Assembly (NCBI GenBank): GCA_028344155.1
Contig: JAOMAI010000002.1
Coordinates: forward strand, 4,751 to 68,750
Length of the DNA: 64,000 nt
Direction of reading: 5' to 3'
DNA from: Candidatus Nitrosopelagicus sp.
GTDB lineage: Archaea; Thermoproteota; Nitrososphaeria; Nitrososphaerales; Nitrosopumilaceae
Within the stretch, counting starts at the first letter, position 1. Each line of letters starts with the position of its first letter. The translations under genes were made by a program, and so were the position numbers. Under the pieces are notes generated by a model. It ran no database searches and was not told the origin of the DNA. It saw nothing but the letters and a program-made list of their open reading frames with translations. Below are positions 1-11,232 of the stretch, piece by piece.

Positions 1-94
1 GTCATATGTGAAATCACGATACACTTGATTAAAACTTCTCTATGTTTAGTGATTTACTGATTAGGTTTTTATCTAATTTTAATAAATTTAGGAT

Positions 95-1558
95 ATGAAA
101 GAATTAGTTTTCGCAATTATCGCACTAGGAGTTTTTTCAATGTTTTATCCAGGAAATGTGGATGCCGGAATGTATGGCGAAGTGTATATTCCAGAACACG
201 AATTTATGGGATTTTTTGACGAGGATGGAACGTATACAATTTTTGCAGGAGTGAAAAATAAAGAATATTTCCCAATTATACCAACAGTCACAATTTCAAT
301 TCAAGATGGGGATGAACTGATTGTTAGAGATTACAAACTTGCGGCAATCATGCCAGAGAATATGTTACCAATGAAAGTTCAGATTCCTGAAGTAAAAAGT
401 GAAAATCCAATTTTACTTGAGCCATCCATAACATATGAAAAAACTGATAAAACATTTGAAGGCGGTTACATAATTTATGATGAAAGTTTACAAATTCTCA
501 ATGATGGAAACTTAGTTGGAAAAATTAGAAATGGTGGAGAAAACACTTTTGAAAAATTTAGAATTTATGCATTAATCAAAGATAAGGATGATGTGATAAT
601 CGATATTGCGGCATCAAGTATCTATGAAAGTATGAAGCCTGGAGAGGTTTTAGATTTTAAACTAATGGTTTCTCCAAGTGTTGCAGACAGGGTTGATTAC
701 TATAGTTGTTTTTCATTTGGCGATGATGCAATAATGCCTCTTACAGTTAAACAAAATGAAGATAGTTTTACTTTTAGATATACTGCTAATGCATGGTTCA
801 AAGATGCAGAGTTTTCAAATGATGGAAGTGAATTAAACATGTACTCATTAAATGGATTTCAACTTCCAGTTGTAGGTAGTTTTGAATTTCCTACAAATTC
901 AATTAATGAAAAGTACGAGGTAGTGTTAGATGGAGAAAAGATGGTAAAAGGTGCAAGTGCAAAAGATGCAAAAATAAAATTTACAGAATCAGTTGAAACA
1001 TTACAAAGTATAGATGAAATGGGAAACTGGCATCTTTACTTTGAAGTACCAGAAGCATTTCAAGGAAATGTAAAAATTTCAGGATTTATGGAAAACGACG
1101 GAAGCGCAGTGGTGCCAGATGAGATTGATTTGACGACTCTAATTTATTATGAAATTGTAGGAGGAGAAGTCGTAGATATCACAGCAAAACCAAAAAATGC
1201 ATCTCTAGTAATCAATATCAATTCAATTGAAGATGGAGAATTGTCATTAAAAATTAATGATTTTCTTGTTAGACCATTTGATAATGGCGAATTCATAGCA
1301 CAAATTCATTCTGAACCAGGATTGTTTAATGAAGAGACAGAAACTGTCTACATTACAGATGAATTTGGATTTGAAGACGGACTAACAATTACAATTCCAT
1401 TTAAGAAAGGAGCAGAAAAGATAGAGGTTTTTGGTAGCTATGTCGTACCAGAATTCGGTCAAATGGTCATGATTGTTCTAGCAGCCACAATTATTGGAAT
1501 TGTTGTTATTTCAAGAAAGACAAACTCATTTAGTAATTTGTTTTACACAAAAATGTGA
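95..1558 (+). CDS. Secreted/surface protein with PEFG-CTERM sorting signal
   Basis: N-terminal signal peptide; C-terminal VVPEFG, TM helix and basic tail (SRK), the thaumarchaeal PEFG-CTERM motif. Confidence 0.85.
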   Translation: MKELVFAIIALGVFSMFYPGNVDAGMYGEVYIPEHEFMGFFDEDGTYTIFAGVKNKEYFPIIPTVTISIQDGDELIVRDYKLAAIMPENMLPMKVQIPEVKSENPILLEPSITYEKTDKTFEGGYIIYDESLQILNDGNLVGKIRNGGENTFEKFRIYALIKDKDDVIIDIAASSIYESMKPGEVLDFKLMVSPSVADRVDYYSCFSFGDDAIMPLTVKQNEDSFTFRYTANAWFKDAEFSNDGSELNMYSLNGFQLPVVGSFEFPTNSINEKYEVVLDGEKMVKGASAKDAKIKFTESVETLQSIDEMGNWHLYFEVPEAFQGNVKISGFMENDGSAVVPDEIDLTTLIYYEIVGGEVVDITAKPKNASLVININSIEDGELSLKINDFLVRPFDNGEFIAQIHSEPGLFNEETETVYITDEFGFEDGLTITIPFKKGAEKIEVFGSYVVPEFGQMVMIVLAATIIGIVVISRKTNSFSNLFYTKM

Positions 1559-2109
1559 ATTTAGAAAAGATTAGAAATTTAATAAAATCAGAAATTAATC
1601 CAATTTTATCCAACAATAATGAAACAAAATTATCGTCAGTTTTAATTATCATTTTTGAGCATTCACCCAAAATTTTGATGATAAAAAAACCAATTACAAT
1701 GAAACATCATGGAGGAGAGATTGCATTTCCAGGAGGAAAAATATCTAATAAAGATGAAGATTTGTTAGATACTGCAACTAGAGAAACACTAGAAGAGACA
1801 GGAATTAAAATTAAACGTGAAGAGATTATCGGTCAGTTATCACCAGTTACAACATTAAATTCAGGATTTACAATTTTACCATTTGTCTGTATCTTAAATG
1901 AAATTAAAAATTTAATACCTAATTCAGAAGTTGATGAATTTTTAGAGATCCCATTGATACCGTTTTTGCAAACCCTTGCTGACGATTCAGATCCAGAACA
2001 TAACTCAATTCAAGAAATGTACACATTCACATTTGAGAAGCACCTGATATGGGGCGCTTCAGCAAGAATGCTGAAGCAGATTGTAACAAAATTGAGAATG
2101 AATGGATAA
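1555..2109 (+). CDS. Nudix hydrolase, CoA pyrophosphatase-like
   Basis: HGGEIAFPGGK...TATRETLEETG Nudix box; IWGASARML. Confidence 0.9.
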   Translation: MNLEKIRNLIKSEINPILSNNNETKLSSVLIIIFEHSPKILMIKKPITMKHHGGEIAFPGGKISNKDEDLLDTATRETLEETGIKIKREEIIGQLSPVTTLNSGFTILPFVCILNEIKNLIPNSEVDEFLEIPLIPFLQTLADDSDPEHNSIQEMYTFTFEKHLIWGASARMLKQIVTKLRMNG

Positions 2110-2151
2110 GTTAACCTCTTCTTTCAAATTAGGTGATTACATAACAAACAT

Positions 2152-3279
2152 GTGTTACAAAGAGATAATCTAAATAACTTAGTTAGAGGAACAACATTTT
2201 TCCAACATTCTGGAATAGCAATTACATTTGTTTTTATGCCAATTATTGCAAGCCTTGTTGCAGAATCTGTTTTTGAGATTGGAATAATTGTTGCATCATT
2301 TGCGTTTGCGCAAATTCTAACTGAGACATATTTTGGCCGTATGTCAGATAGAAAAGCAAAACGATTACTATTCATAAGAGTAGGTTTCATTTTATGTGCA
2401 ATTACATTTGGGTTGCATTATTTTGCAGACAATACAACATACCTAATCATAGCAAGATTAGGTGCAGGAATAGCATCAGGAATTATGATTCCACCAATGT
2501 TAGCATACGCATATGAGGCAGGAAAAGGAAAATCCAAGGTTGCATCAGTAATATCATTTCACGCTTTAGGATGGATGGCAGGTATAATTGCAGCAGGATT
2601 AGCTAACGATGAAAAATTAATTTTTGTGGTGAGTAGTTGTTTTTTCATTATAGGATTTATCATTTCATTGAAACTTCCTAAAATACAAACGGAAAAAATT
2701 GTAGAAAAAGGAATAATCAAGAAGATCATTGTAAAAAACAAATTTCTTTTTTCATCATTACTAATTCGCCATATTGGTGCTGCTGCTGCATGGACAGTTT
2801 TACCCATCATGTTAATGGAGTATTTTGGTGCAGAATTATATCAAGTTTCAATGATATATGTAGCAAATACACTAACTGCATTTCTTGTCATGAATTTGAT
2901 GTCAAAGAGAATTCAGATTCAAAATATAACAAAATTCAAGATTGGAATAGGAATGACGGTCATAGTATTTCTTGGATTGGCATTAATTACAGATTGGTGG
3001 ATGGCATGGCCATTCATGGCCATAGTTGGATGTTCATGGGCATTTTTGTTTATTGGAGGAAATTTTCATCTTATGGAAAACAATCCAAGATCAACATCTA
3101 CAGCAATTTTTAGCTCTACATTAGCAATTTCCACAGTTATTGGTCCAGTAATCGCAGGAATCATTGCATACTATACAGACTATACAGCAGTCATGATTTT
3201 TGCAGTTGTGGTTACATTAACAGCATTCATAATTTCAACTAAAATGAAGTCAGAAAAACCTAACGAAGTCCCCATTTAG
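2152..3279 (+). CDS. MFS transporter
   Basis: Many TM helices; FGRMSDRKAKR MFS motif A. Confidence 0.85.
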   Translation: MLQRDNLNNLVRGTTFFQHSGIAITFVFMPIIASLVAESVFEIGIIVASFAFAQILTETYFGRMSDRKAKRLLFIRVGFILCAITFGLHYFADNTTYLIIARLGAGIASGIMIPPMLAYAYEAGKGKSKVASVISFHALGWMAGIIAAGLANDEKLIFVVSSCFFIIGFIISLKLPKIQTEKIVEKGIIKKIIVKNKFLFSSLLIRHIGAAAAWTVLPIMLMEYFGAELYQVSMIYVANTLTAFLVMNLMSKRIQIQNITKFKIGIGMTVIVFLGLALITDWWMAWPFMAIVGCSWAFLFIGGNFHLMENNPRSTSTAIFSSTLAISTVIGPVIAGIIAYYTDYTAVMIFAVVVTLTAFIISTKMKSEKPNEVPI

Positions 3280-4018
3280 TCATAACCTTATCTTCTAATT
3301 TTTTAAAGACAAAGCCATCGATTAAAATTCCAATTCCCATGATCACAAGCATCATTGCAATAACTTGAGATACATCATTTAGTTGCCTTCCAACATTTAA
3401 CAAGAATCCAAGACCCAAAAATGAGAAAAGAAGTTCTGCACCGATTACACCTCTCCATGCAAACGCCCATCCTTGTTTGAATCCAGAAATCATATATGGA
3501 AATGCAGCAGGTATGAGAATTGTTGTGACCAATTGACTACCTTTAGCACCCATATTTCGTGCAGCTTCAATAAATGATGGATCGATATTTTTCACTCCAG
3601 TGTACGTATTGATTGTGACAGCAAAAATTGCACCAATTGCAGTGACAAAGATTATTCCAGAATCAGACAGACCGAACCATAGAATTGCAAGTGGAACCCA
3701 TGCTACTGAAGGAATTGATTGTAATCCAAGTACAAGGGAACCAATAGTTTGATTTACAGTCTCAACACGAGCCATGAATATTCCAAGTAACATTCCACCA
3801 CCAATTGCAATGGATAATCCAATTACCAAACGCCACATACTAGTTGCAATTCCATAAAACAGACTTCCATCAGATACTCCATAAAGCAGATCCTCTCCAA
3901 CTTGTATAGGAGAAGGAAATATGTTATCAGGCCAGATTTCTGCAGAATCAATTCCTTGCCAAACAATTATGATTAGTACATAAAATGCAATTTTTTTACC
4001 TAAGAGATTTGCTTTCAT
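3260..4018 (-). CDS. ABC transporter permease (nitrate/sulfonate/bicarbonate family)
   Basis: EAARNMGA EAA loop; LQSIPSVAWVPL. Confidence 0.9.
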   Translation of the reverse strand: MKANLLGKKIAFYVLIIIVWQGIDSAEIWPDNIFPSPIQVGEDLLYGVSDGSLFYGIATSMWRLVIGLSIAIGGGMLLGIFMARVETVNQTIGSLVLGLQSIPSVAWVPLAILWFGLSDSGIIFVTAIGAIFAVTINTYTGVKNIDPSFIEAARNMGAKGSQLVTTILIPAAFPYMISGFKQGWAFAWRGVIGAELLFSFLGLGFLLNVGRQLNDVSQVIAMMLVIMGIGILIDGFVFKKLEDKVMTKWGLR

Positions 4019-4029
4019 TGAATAAACAC

Positions 4030-4785
4030 CTATTTTGGCCCCTGGTGCCTTAATGCAGCAAGAATTTCTTTTTCAAATTTTCCTAAATTTTCATCCTCTG
4101 CGACACGAGGTCTTTTGTAGTCAATATCAAGAGATTTTTTTACAACTGAAGGTCTGTGGCTGAATACTGCAACACGTGAACCAAGTACAGCTGCCTCAGG
4201 CACATTATGTGTTACAAATATGATGGTCTTTTTTGTTTTCTGCCAAATCATTTGCATTTCAACTAAAAGTAAATCCCTAGTCTGAGAATCAAGAGCTGCA
4301 AAAGGTTCATCCATCAATAATACATCAGGATCCATTACAAGTGCACGTGCGATAGCAACACGTTGTTTCATTCCAGTAGATAATTGATACGTGTATGAGT
4401 TTGCAAATTGGGATAATTGCATCATATCAAGATATCTTTTGGATATATCATGACGTTCATTCTCAGGTATGCCAGCAACTTTCAAACCATATTCAACATT
4501 ATCTTCCACAGTTAACCACGGAAATAATGCACCTTCCTGAAATACCATTATTCTATCCGGTCCAGTGTTAACAAGTTTTTTTCCATCAAGTAATACTTCT
4601 CCATCATCAGGTTTTTCTAATCCTGCCAAAATTCTAAGAAAAGTTGATTTACCACATCCAGATGGGCCGACTATACAAACAAACTCCCCATCGTCAACAG
4701 TGAGATTTACTCCACCAATGGCTTTGAGAGGTTTACCATCATGCTGAAAATATTTTATAATATTTTTTGCTTCTATCTTACCCAT
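4030..4785 (-). CDS. ABC transporter ATP-binding protein (nitrate/sulfonate/bicarbonate family)
   Basis: GPSGCGKST Walker A, LSTGMKQR signature, LLMDEPF Walker B; start placed at MGKIEA (the track ORF begins at 4800). Confidence 0.9.
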   Translation of the reverse strand: MGKIEAKNIIKYFQHDGKPLKAIGGVNLTVDDGEFVCIVGPSGCGKSTFLRILAGLEKPDDGEVLLDGKKLVNTGPDRIMVFQEGALFPWLTVEDNVEYGLKVAGIPENERHDISKRYLDMMQLSQFANSYTYQLSTGMKQRVAIARALVMDPDVLLMDEPFAALDSQTRDLLLVEMQMIWQKTKKTIIFVTHNVPEAAVLGSRVAVFSHRPSVVKKSLDIDYKRPRVAEDENLGKFEKEILAALRHQGPK

Positions 4786-5809
4786 TGTAATTCTCCTCAT
4801 TTGATGTCACTGATATATTTTCATGATAAAAAATTCCATCAAGTGTGTAACCATCGCGTCCAAGATATCCTAACGCATCAGCACGTTCGGCAAAAGTGTA
4901 AACAGAATTTTCCAGAGGTTCAGATGTTATTATTATATTTGAAAATGATTTTTCCACAATGTTTTGAGGTAATGTTCGGCCCATATAGCTGTTCAAGAAT
5001 TCATTGTAAAGTTTTTTGGATTCATCAGGATGATTATTGATCCATTGGACAGTTTTTTCATTTGCATTAATCCATTTTTTAATTATTTCAGGATTTTTTT
5101 CAATGTAATCAGATCTGCCGATTAGTAACACTGATGAAAACTGATTTTCTGGCCAAAATTCGTTTTCATCAAACAGGCGAACTCCATCCAAGTCTTCAAC
5201 TAACATCGTTGCCCAAGGTTCAGGAACCCACGCACCATCAATGTCACCTTTTGCAAAAAGTGTATAGATATCAGGATTTGCTATATTCAAAACGAAAACA
5301 TCTCCTCCTTTTTCAGCAGTGATTAAACCATTTTCTGCAAGATAATGTCGAAGAGATACATCTTGTGTGTTACTGATTTGAGGAGCTGCAATTCGTTTTC
5401 CAGCATAATTTTCAATCGAGTCCAATCCAGAGTTTTTTTGTATTACAAAACTTGCGCCGCCACTAGCAGCACCTGCAAGAATTTTCAAATCATTGCCATC
5501 AGATTTTAGAAAACCATTGATCACAGGACCAGGACCAACATATGCAATATCAACAGAATTTGAGAATATTGATTCGATTACCTGAGGACCACTATCAAAG
5601 ATCTTCACTTGTATATCCAAATCAGCATTAAGATTATTTGCAAAAGTTTGGGTTTCCATTCCTATAATGGGCACTGCATGAACTACACTTGGAAAGAATG
5701 CCACACGGATATTATTTTCAGAATAATTAACAGAAGATTGAGTAAAGCCTACAAAAGCAATAATTCCAATGACTACAATTACGGCACCAATTAGATATGA
5801 GATTTTCAT
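4778..5809 (-). CDS. ABC transporter substrate-binding protein (SsuA/aliphatic sulfonate-like)
   Basis: N-terminal anchor; DIAYVGPGP, NTQDV, AWVPEPW motifs; operon with ATPase and permease. Confidence 0.85.
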   Translation of the reverse strand: MKISYLIGAVIVVIGIIAFVGFTQSSVNYSENNIRVAFFPSVVHAVPIIGMETQTFANNLNADLDIQVKIFDSGPQVIESIFSNSVDIAYVGPGPVINGFLKSDGNDLKILAGAASGGASFVIQKNSGLDSIENYAGKRIAAPQISNTQDVSLRHYLAENGLITAEKGGDVFVLNIANPDIYTLFAKGDIDGAWVPEPWATMLVEDLDGVRLFDENEFWPENQFSSVLLIGRSDYIEKNPEIIKKWINANEKTVQWINNHPDESKKLYNEFLNSYMGRTLPQNIVEKSFSNIIITSEPLENSVYTFAERADALGYLGRDGYTLDGIFYHENISVTSNEENYNG

Positions 5810-5941
5810 AAAACAGCGTTATGTCTGAAAGTTAAATAGCCATCGAATTTTAGCTGTAGCTATTCATTTTTGAAACAGAATCATGAGCCCAAATAGTTAT
5901 CATAAAAGATAAATGCCCATATACATTCAAACAGTTGCATC

Positions 5942-7117
5942 ATGAAACAAAAATCAATACTTGCATTTTCAGGAGGATTGGATACATCAGTAGTTGTAAA
6001 GTATATGCAAGATATGCATGACATGGATGTAATTACAGTAACAGTTGATGTGGGTCAAGGAGATGACATTACCAAAATTTCAAAAAAAGCAAAAAAGTTA
6101 GGAGTTAAAAAACATTACAACATAGATGCAAAAAAAGAGTTTGTTACAGATTATATTTTTCCAGCAATCAAAGCTAATGCATTATATCAAAAGAAATATT
6201 GTCTTGCGACTGCACTAGCAAGACCATTAATTGCACACAAAGTACTTGAAATTGCAAAAAAAGAAAAAGTTTCATCATTAGCACATGGATGTTCAGGAAA
6301 AGGAAATGATCAAGTACGTTTCGATAATACGTTAAGGGCAGGTTCTAATCTTCCAATCATTGCACCAATTCGCGATATGAATCTAGACCGTGAGACTGAA
6401 TTAAAATTTGCGAATAAACATGGGATTGAGATAGATAGTGTTGCAAAAAAATTCAGTATTGATCAAAATTTATGGGGAAGGGCAATTGAAGGTGGAGTTT
6501 TAGAGAATCCATTCAATGAACCACCAGACGATGCATTCATTTGGATTAAGACAAAGAATTTACCTGAAAAACCTACATATTTGAAAATCAAATTCAATAA
6601 AGGAATACCGGTGGAAGTAGATGGTAAAAAAATGCCTCCAGTAAAATTAATAGAATATATGAATAAAAAAGCAGGTTCTCAGGGTGTTGGAATAGTTGAT
6701 CATATTGAAGATAGAGTCGTTGGAATAAAATCACGCGAAGTGTATGAGACACCAGCAGCAATTTGTTTAATTGAAGCACACTCAGATCTTGAAAAAATGG
6801 TACATACAAAACATGAAACTAAATTCAAAACATTAGTAGATGATGAATGGGCATGGTTAGTTTATTCAGGATTATGGGATGATCCATTAAGAAAAGAATT
6901 GGATGAATTCATTGAACAAGCTCAAAAACGTGTAACTGGAACTGTAAGATTAAAACTTCACAAAGGAAATGTCAGAGTTGTCGGTAGAGAGTCAAAATAT
7001 TCGCTTTACAGTCACGACATAGCCACTTATGGAAAAGATTCCACATTTGATCAGAAATTGGCAAAAGGATTTGTCGAATTATGGGGAATGCAGTCAACAG
7101 AAGCTAATAAATTCTAG
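5942..7117 (+). CDS. argG: Argininosuccinate synthase
   Basis: LAFSGGLDTS, HGCSGKGNDQVRF, SIDQNLWGR, KSREVYE. Confidence 0.97.
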   Translation: MKQKSILAFSGGLDTSVVVKYMQDMHDMDVITVTVDVGQGDDITKISKKAKKLGVKKHYNIDAKKEFVTDYIFPAIKANALYQKKYCLATALARPLIAHKVLEIAKKEKVSSLAHGCSGKGNDQVRFDNTLRAGSNLPIIAPIRDMNLDRETELKFANKHGIEIDSVAKKFSIDQNLWGRAIEGGVLENPFNEPPDDAFIWIKTKNLPEKPTYLKIKFNKGIPVEVDGKKMPPVKLIEYMNKKAGSQGVGIVDHIEDRVVGIKSREVYETPAAICLIEAHSDLEKMVHTKHETKFKTLVDDEWAWLVYSGLWDDPLRKELDEFIEQAQKRVTGTVRLKLHKGNVRVVGRESKYSLYSHDIATYGKDSTFDQKLAKGFVELWGMQSTEANKF

Positions 7118-7137
7118 AGATAGGTGCAAAAAAAAAT

Positions 7138-7305
7138 ATGAATTGTCCAGAATGTGACGCAAATATGAATATCCCAGAAGATGCCGCTGTAGGTGAAATT
7201 GTTTCTTGTGGAGATTGTGGTGCAGACTATGAAATCTCAAAGAAAGAAGGTTCCAATATTGAGTTAAAAGAAGCAGAAACCGTTGGCGAAGACTGGGGAG
7301 AGTAA
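7138..7305 (+). CDS. lysW: LysW/ArgW amino-group carrier protein, 55 aa (not in ORF track)
   Basis: Hand translation MNCPECDANMNIPEDAAVGEIVSCGDCGADYEISKKEGSNIELKEAETVGEDWGE; two CxxC and canonical C-terminal EDWGE. Confidence 0.95.
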   Translation: MNCPECDANMNIPEDAAVGEIVSCGDCGADYEISKKEGSNIELKEAETVGEDWGE

Positions 7306-8160
7306 TTGCAGAAAATTTGCATAGTATTTGATAGGTTAAGAACCGAGGAAAAACTACTGCAAAAAAATGCAGAGGAATTAGGTTATGAAACTTCCATGGT
7401 TGATGCAAAGATTACTAGTTTTGATACAGATAGTAAACCTGAAAATTTTGAATTTGGAGATGTTGTGTTAGAACGTTGTGTTAGTTATTACCGAGGATTA
7501 CATTTCACAGCATGTTTAGAATTTATGGACATACCAGTGATTAACAGATTTGATGTTGCAAATACTTGTGGAAATAAAATGATAACATCAATGTTGTTAA
7601 AGAAAAATAATATTCCAACTCCAAAGACTTACTTTTCTTTTTCAGCTGAAACAGCATTAGATAATTTTGAAAAAGTTGGATATCCATTAGTTATAAAACC
7701 AATAATTGGTAGTTGGGGAAGAAGTGTCATGCCAGTTAAAGATAAGGATACAGCAGAAGCTGTAATTGAAAACAGACAGGTAACAGATGGACCTCAGGAC
7801 AGAATTTATTATTTACAAGAAATGATTGATCGTCCACCACGAGATATTCGTGTAATAACTGTAGGAGACCAAGCTATATCAGCAATGTATAGAAAATCAT
7901 CTGGAGGTTTCAAAACAAACATTGCACTAGGTGCAGACCCAGAACTGTGTGAGATTACAAAAGAGATGGAAGATTTGTGTGAAAAAACATCGAAAGCAGT
8001 AGGTGGTGGAATTTTAGGAATTGACTTGATGGAAGACAAAGAAAAAGGACTAGTTGTACATGAGGTAAACAATACTGTGGAGTTTAAAGGATTGGTAAAA
8101 GTCTCAAAGAAAAACATTCCAAAAGAGATGATCGACTATGCAATTCATAATATTAAGTGA
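7306..8160 (+). CDS. lysX: LysX/ArgX ATP-grasp ligase
   Basis: KPIIGSWGR, RDIRV, HEVNNTVEF; directly after lysW; substrate (Glu or AAA) not determinable from sequence. Confidence 0.9.
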   Translation: MQKICIVFDRLRTEEKLLQKNAEELGYETSMVDAKITSFDTDSKPENFEFGDVVLERCVSYYRGLHFTACLEFMDIPVINRFDVANTCGNKMITSMLLKKNNIPTPKTYFSFSAETALDNFEKVGYPLVIKPIIGSWGRSVMPVKDKDTAEAVIENRQVTDGPQDRIYYLQEMIDRPPRDIRVITVGDQAISAMYRKSSGGFKTNIALGADPELCEITKEMEDLCEKTSKAVGGGILGIDLMEDKEKGLVVHEVNNTVEFKGLVKVSKKNIPKEMIDYAIHNIK

Positions 8161-8203
8161 TAATGGCAATTACTGTTAAATTATGCTTTTTTAATAATAG
8201 ATT

Positions 8204-9250
8204 ATGAAAGTAGGAATTGTAGGAGCCTCAGGATATGTAGGAGGAGAAGTTCTCAGATTACTTCTCAGTCATCCTAAAGTTGAAGTTTCGATGGTAACCT
8301 CAAGACAACATGTAGGAAAATTTCTGCATAAAGCTCAACCTAGCCTAAGAGGTTTTACTGATTTAAAATTCTCAGAACTAGATTATGAGAAAATGAGTGA
8401 TAATTGTGATGTGGTTTTTACCGCAGTTCCACACGGAACTGCAACTGAGATTGTAAAGGCATTGTATGACAGGGGAATGAAGATTATTGATTTGAGTGCA
8501 GATTATCGTTTGCATAATCCAGAGGATTATGGAAAATGGTACGGATGGGAACACCCACATCCAGATTATTTAAAAAAATCAGTATTCGGAGTGCCAGAAT
8601 TACATAGAGAAGAAATTAAAAAATCACAATTGGTTTCTTGTCCGGGATGCATGGCAGTAACTTCAATGCTTGCATTAAATCCATTAATTAAAAATAATTT
8701 AATTGATGAAGATCATATTGTTGTTGATTCAAAAATTGGTTCTTCAGGTGCAGGTGCGGGTGCAGGAACTGCACATGCAATGCGTGCAGGAGTAATCAGA
8801 CCATACAAACCAGCAAAGCACAGACATACCGGAGAAATTGAACAGGAATTAAGTCAAACAGCAGGTAGAAAAATCAAAGTATCAATGAGTCCACATGCAG
8901 TAGATGTGGTTAGAGGAATTTTATGTACAAACCATACATTCCTTAAGAAAGATGTTGATGAAAAAGAACTTTGGAAAATATACCGTGCAGAATACAATGA
9001 TGAACGTTTTGTCAGATTAATTAGAGATAAAGACGGTTTACATAAATTCCCAGATCCAAAATTTCTAGTCGGTTCAAATTTCTGTGATATTGGATTTGAT
9101 CTAGACAGAGACAACAACAGATTGATTGCTCTATCGGCATCAGATAACCTAATGAAAGGTGCAGCAGGTTCTGCAATTCAAAACATGAACGTCATGGCAG
9201 GATTTGACGAGTTCGAAGGAATTATGTATTCCCCACTAACACCAGTATAA
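8204..9250 (+). CDS. argC: [LysW]-aminoadipyl/glutamyl-phosphate reductase (ArgC/LysY)
   Basis: GASGYVGGE, IDLSADYRL, SCPGC, DNLMKGAAG. Confidence 0.95.
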   Translation: MKVGIVGASGYVGGEVLRLLLSHPKVEVSMVTSRQHVGKFLHKAQPSLRGFTDLKFSELDYEKMSDNCDVVFTAVPHGTATEIVKALYDRGMKIIDLSADYRLHNPEDYGKWYGWEHPHPDYLKKSVFGVPELHREEIKKSQLVSCPGCMAVTSMLALNPLIKNNLIDEDHIVVDSKIGSSGAGAGAGTAHAMRAGVIRPYKPAKHRHTGEIEQELSQTAGRKIKVSMSPHAVDVVRGILCTNHTFLKKDVDEKELWKIYRAEYNDERFVRLIRDKDGLHKFPDPKFLVGSNFCDIGFDLDRDNNRLIALSASDNLMKGAAGSAIQNMNVMAGFDEFEGIMYSPLTPV

Positions 9251-9253
9251 TAG

Positions 9254-10054
9254 ATGATTACGATAAAAATTGGTGGGAGCGTAGTAGATAATTTACATCC
9301 ATCAACAATAGATGATATTAAAAAAGTTGTAGAGCAAGAAGGCGTCATACTAGTTCACGGCGGCGGCAAAGAAGTAACAAAGGTTACAGAGCAATTAGGT
9401 AAAGAACCCAAATTTGTCGTATCACCAAGTGGGATAAAAAGTCGATATACAGACAAAGAAACTTCTGAAATTTTTACAATGGTAATGTCAGGAAGAATAA
9501 ACAAAACAATTGTTCAGATGCTACAAAAAAATGGAATCAATGCAATTGGATTGTCAGGTATGGATGGGAAAACAATTGAGGCCAATAGGAAAAAGAAATT
9601 AATGATTATGAATGAAAAAGGAAGAAAACAGGTAATTGATGGAGGATATACAGGTAAAATTTCAAATGTAAATTCAGATTTAATCAAAATAATTATGGAT
9701 AAAGGATACACCCCGGTAATTTCCCCAATTGCAATAAGTGAAGAGTCAGAATTTCTAAATGTTGATGGAGATAGGGCAGCGGCTAATGTAGCAGGACATG
9801 TCAAGGCAGATAAGGTGTTATTTATTACAAATGTAGACGGATTGCTCATGGAAGACAAATTGGTTGAAAAATTATCATTAGAAGAGGCAAAAGAAATAAT
9901 GCCAAAAATTGGGTTCGGCATGGAAAAAAAGATTCTTGCTGCAACAGAAGCACTTGAAATGGGAGTTACAGAAGCATTAATTGCAAATGGTCAAAAAGAA
10001 AATCCAATTTCATCAGCTATAGCACATAACAATTGTACGGTGATAACTAAATGA
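9254..10054 (+). CDS. lysZ: [LysW]-aminoadipate/glutamate kinase (LysZ/ArgB)
   Basis: IKIGGS, VHGGG, LNVDGD. Confidence 0.93.
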   Translation: MITIKIGGSVVDNLHPSTIDDIKKVVEQEGVILVHGGGKEVTKVTEQLGKEPKFVVSPSGIKSRYTDKETSEIFTMVMSGRINKTIVQMLQKNGINAIGLSGMDGKTIEANRKKKLMIMNEKGRKQVIDGGYTGKISNVNSDLIKIIMDKGYTPVISPIAISEESEFLNVDGDRAAANVAGHVKADKVLFITNVDGLLMEDKLVEKLSLEEAKEIMPKIGFGMEKKILAATEALEMGVTEALIANGQKENPISSAIAHNNCTVITK

Positions 10055-11232
10055 GTGAAGATAAATTTCTCGGTAATCTTTATCAAAGATTTCCAGTGAC
10101 AATAGAAAAAGGCTTAGGTGCACATGTATGGGATACCGATGGTAAGGAATACATTGATTGTATGGGAGGTTATGGAGTAGCATTACTTGGACATCAAAAC
10201 GAAAGAGTTACCAATGCGTTGAAAGCGCAACTTGAAAAAATTATTACAGTTCATAGTTCACTTTACAGTAAGACTCGTGAAGAATTTTTGGAAAATCTTT
10301 TCAAAGTTGCTCCAAAAAACTTGTCACAGGTTCATCTGAATAATAGTGGTGCAGAAGCAATTGAGGCTGGAATGAAATTTGCACGTAAGTTTACAGGAAA
10401 AACCGAGATGGTTGCAATGAATGGTTCATACCACGGAAAAACACTAGGTGCACTTTCAATAACATTTAATCCAAAATATAGAAAGGCGTTCAAACCACTT
10501 ATAGAAAAAGTATCATTCTCACCTTTTGGGGATATCGAAAAGCTTCGTGAAACAGTTAATGATCAAACAGCATTTGTAATTTTAGAACCTATTCAAGGAG
10601 AAAGCGGCATTCATGTGGCTCCTGATGGATTTTTACAAGATGTTAGAAAATTATGTAATGAAAAAAATATTCTATTAATTTATGATGAAATACAGGCAGG
10701 ATTAGGACGTACCGGAAAGATGTGGGCACATCAACATTGGGATACTGCACCAGACATACTTTGTTTAGCAAAGGGAATTGCAGGAGGAGTGCCAATGGGT
10801 GCGACATTAGTCAAACCAGAAATTTTAGATTGCATCTCAAAAGGAGAACATTCATCTACATTTGGAGGAAATCCATTATCATGTGCTGCAGGAACCGCTA
10901 CAATGCAGGCATTGACACAAGATAAACTAGTAGAAAATTCTGCAAACATGGGAAAATTATTTAGAGAAGGATTAAACAAATTGAAGGAAAAACATCCAGT
11001 AATTAGAGAGGTTCGAGGTAAAGGATTGATGATAGGAGTTGAATTGAAATTTGAAGTTAGAGATATACTAATGGAAGGTATTCAAAAGGGATTACTTTTA
11101 CTATATTCTGGTAGAAATATCTTAAGATTACTTCCACCACTAGTCATAACACAGGATGATGTAACAAAATCTTTAGAAATACTAGATGAATTATTTACTA
11201 ATGAGGAAAAGAGAAAAAATGTCCAAGGATAA
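10051..11232 (+). CDS. lysJ: [LysW]-semialdehyde aminotransferase (LysJ/ArgD)
   Basis: Class III aminotransferase: SGAEA, EPIQGESG, DEIQAGLGRTG, LAKGIAGG. Confidence 0.93.
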   Translation: MSEDKFLGNLYQRFPVTIEKGLGAHVWDTDGKEYIDCMGGYGVALLGHQNERVTNALKAQLEKIITVHSSLYSKTREEFLENLFKVAPKNLSQVHLNNSGAEAIEAGMKFARKFTGKTEMVAMNGSYHGKTLGALSITFNPKYRKAFKPLIEKVSFSPFGDIEKLRETVNDQTAFVILEPIQGESGIHVAPDGFLQDVRKLCNEKNILLIYDEIQAGLGRTGKMWAHQHWDTAPDILCLAKGIAGGVPMGATLVKPEILDCISKGEHSSTFGGNPLSCAAGTATMQALTQDKLVENSANMGKLFREGLNKLKEKHPVIREVRGKGLMIGVELKFEVRDILMEGIQKGLLLLYSGRNILRLLPPLVITQDDVTKSLEILDELFTNEEKRKNVQG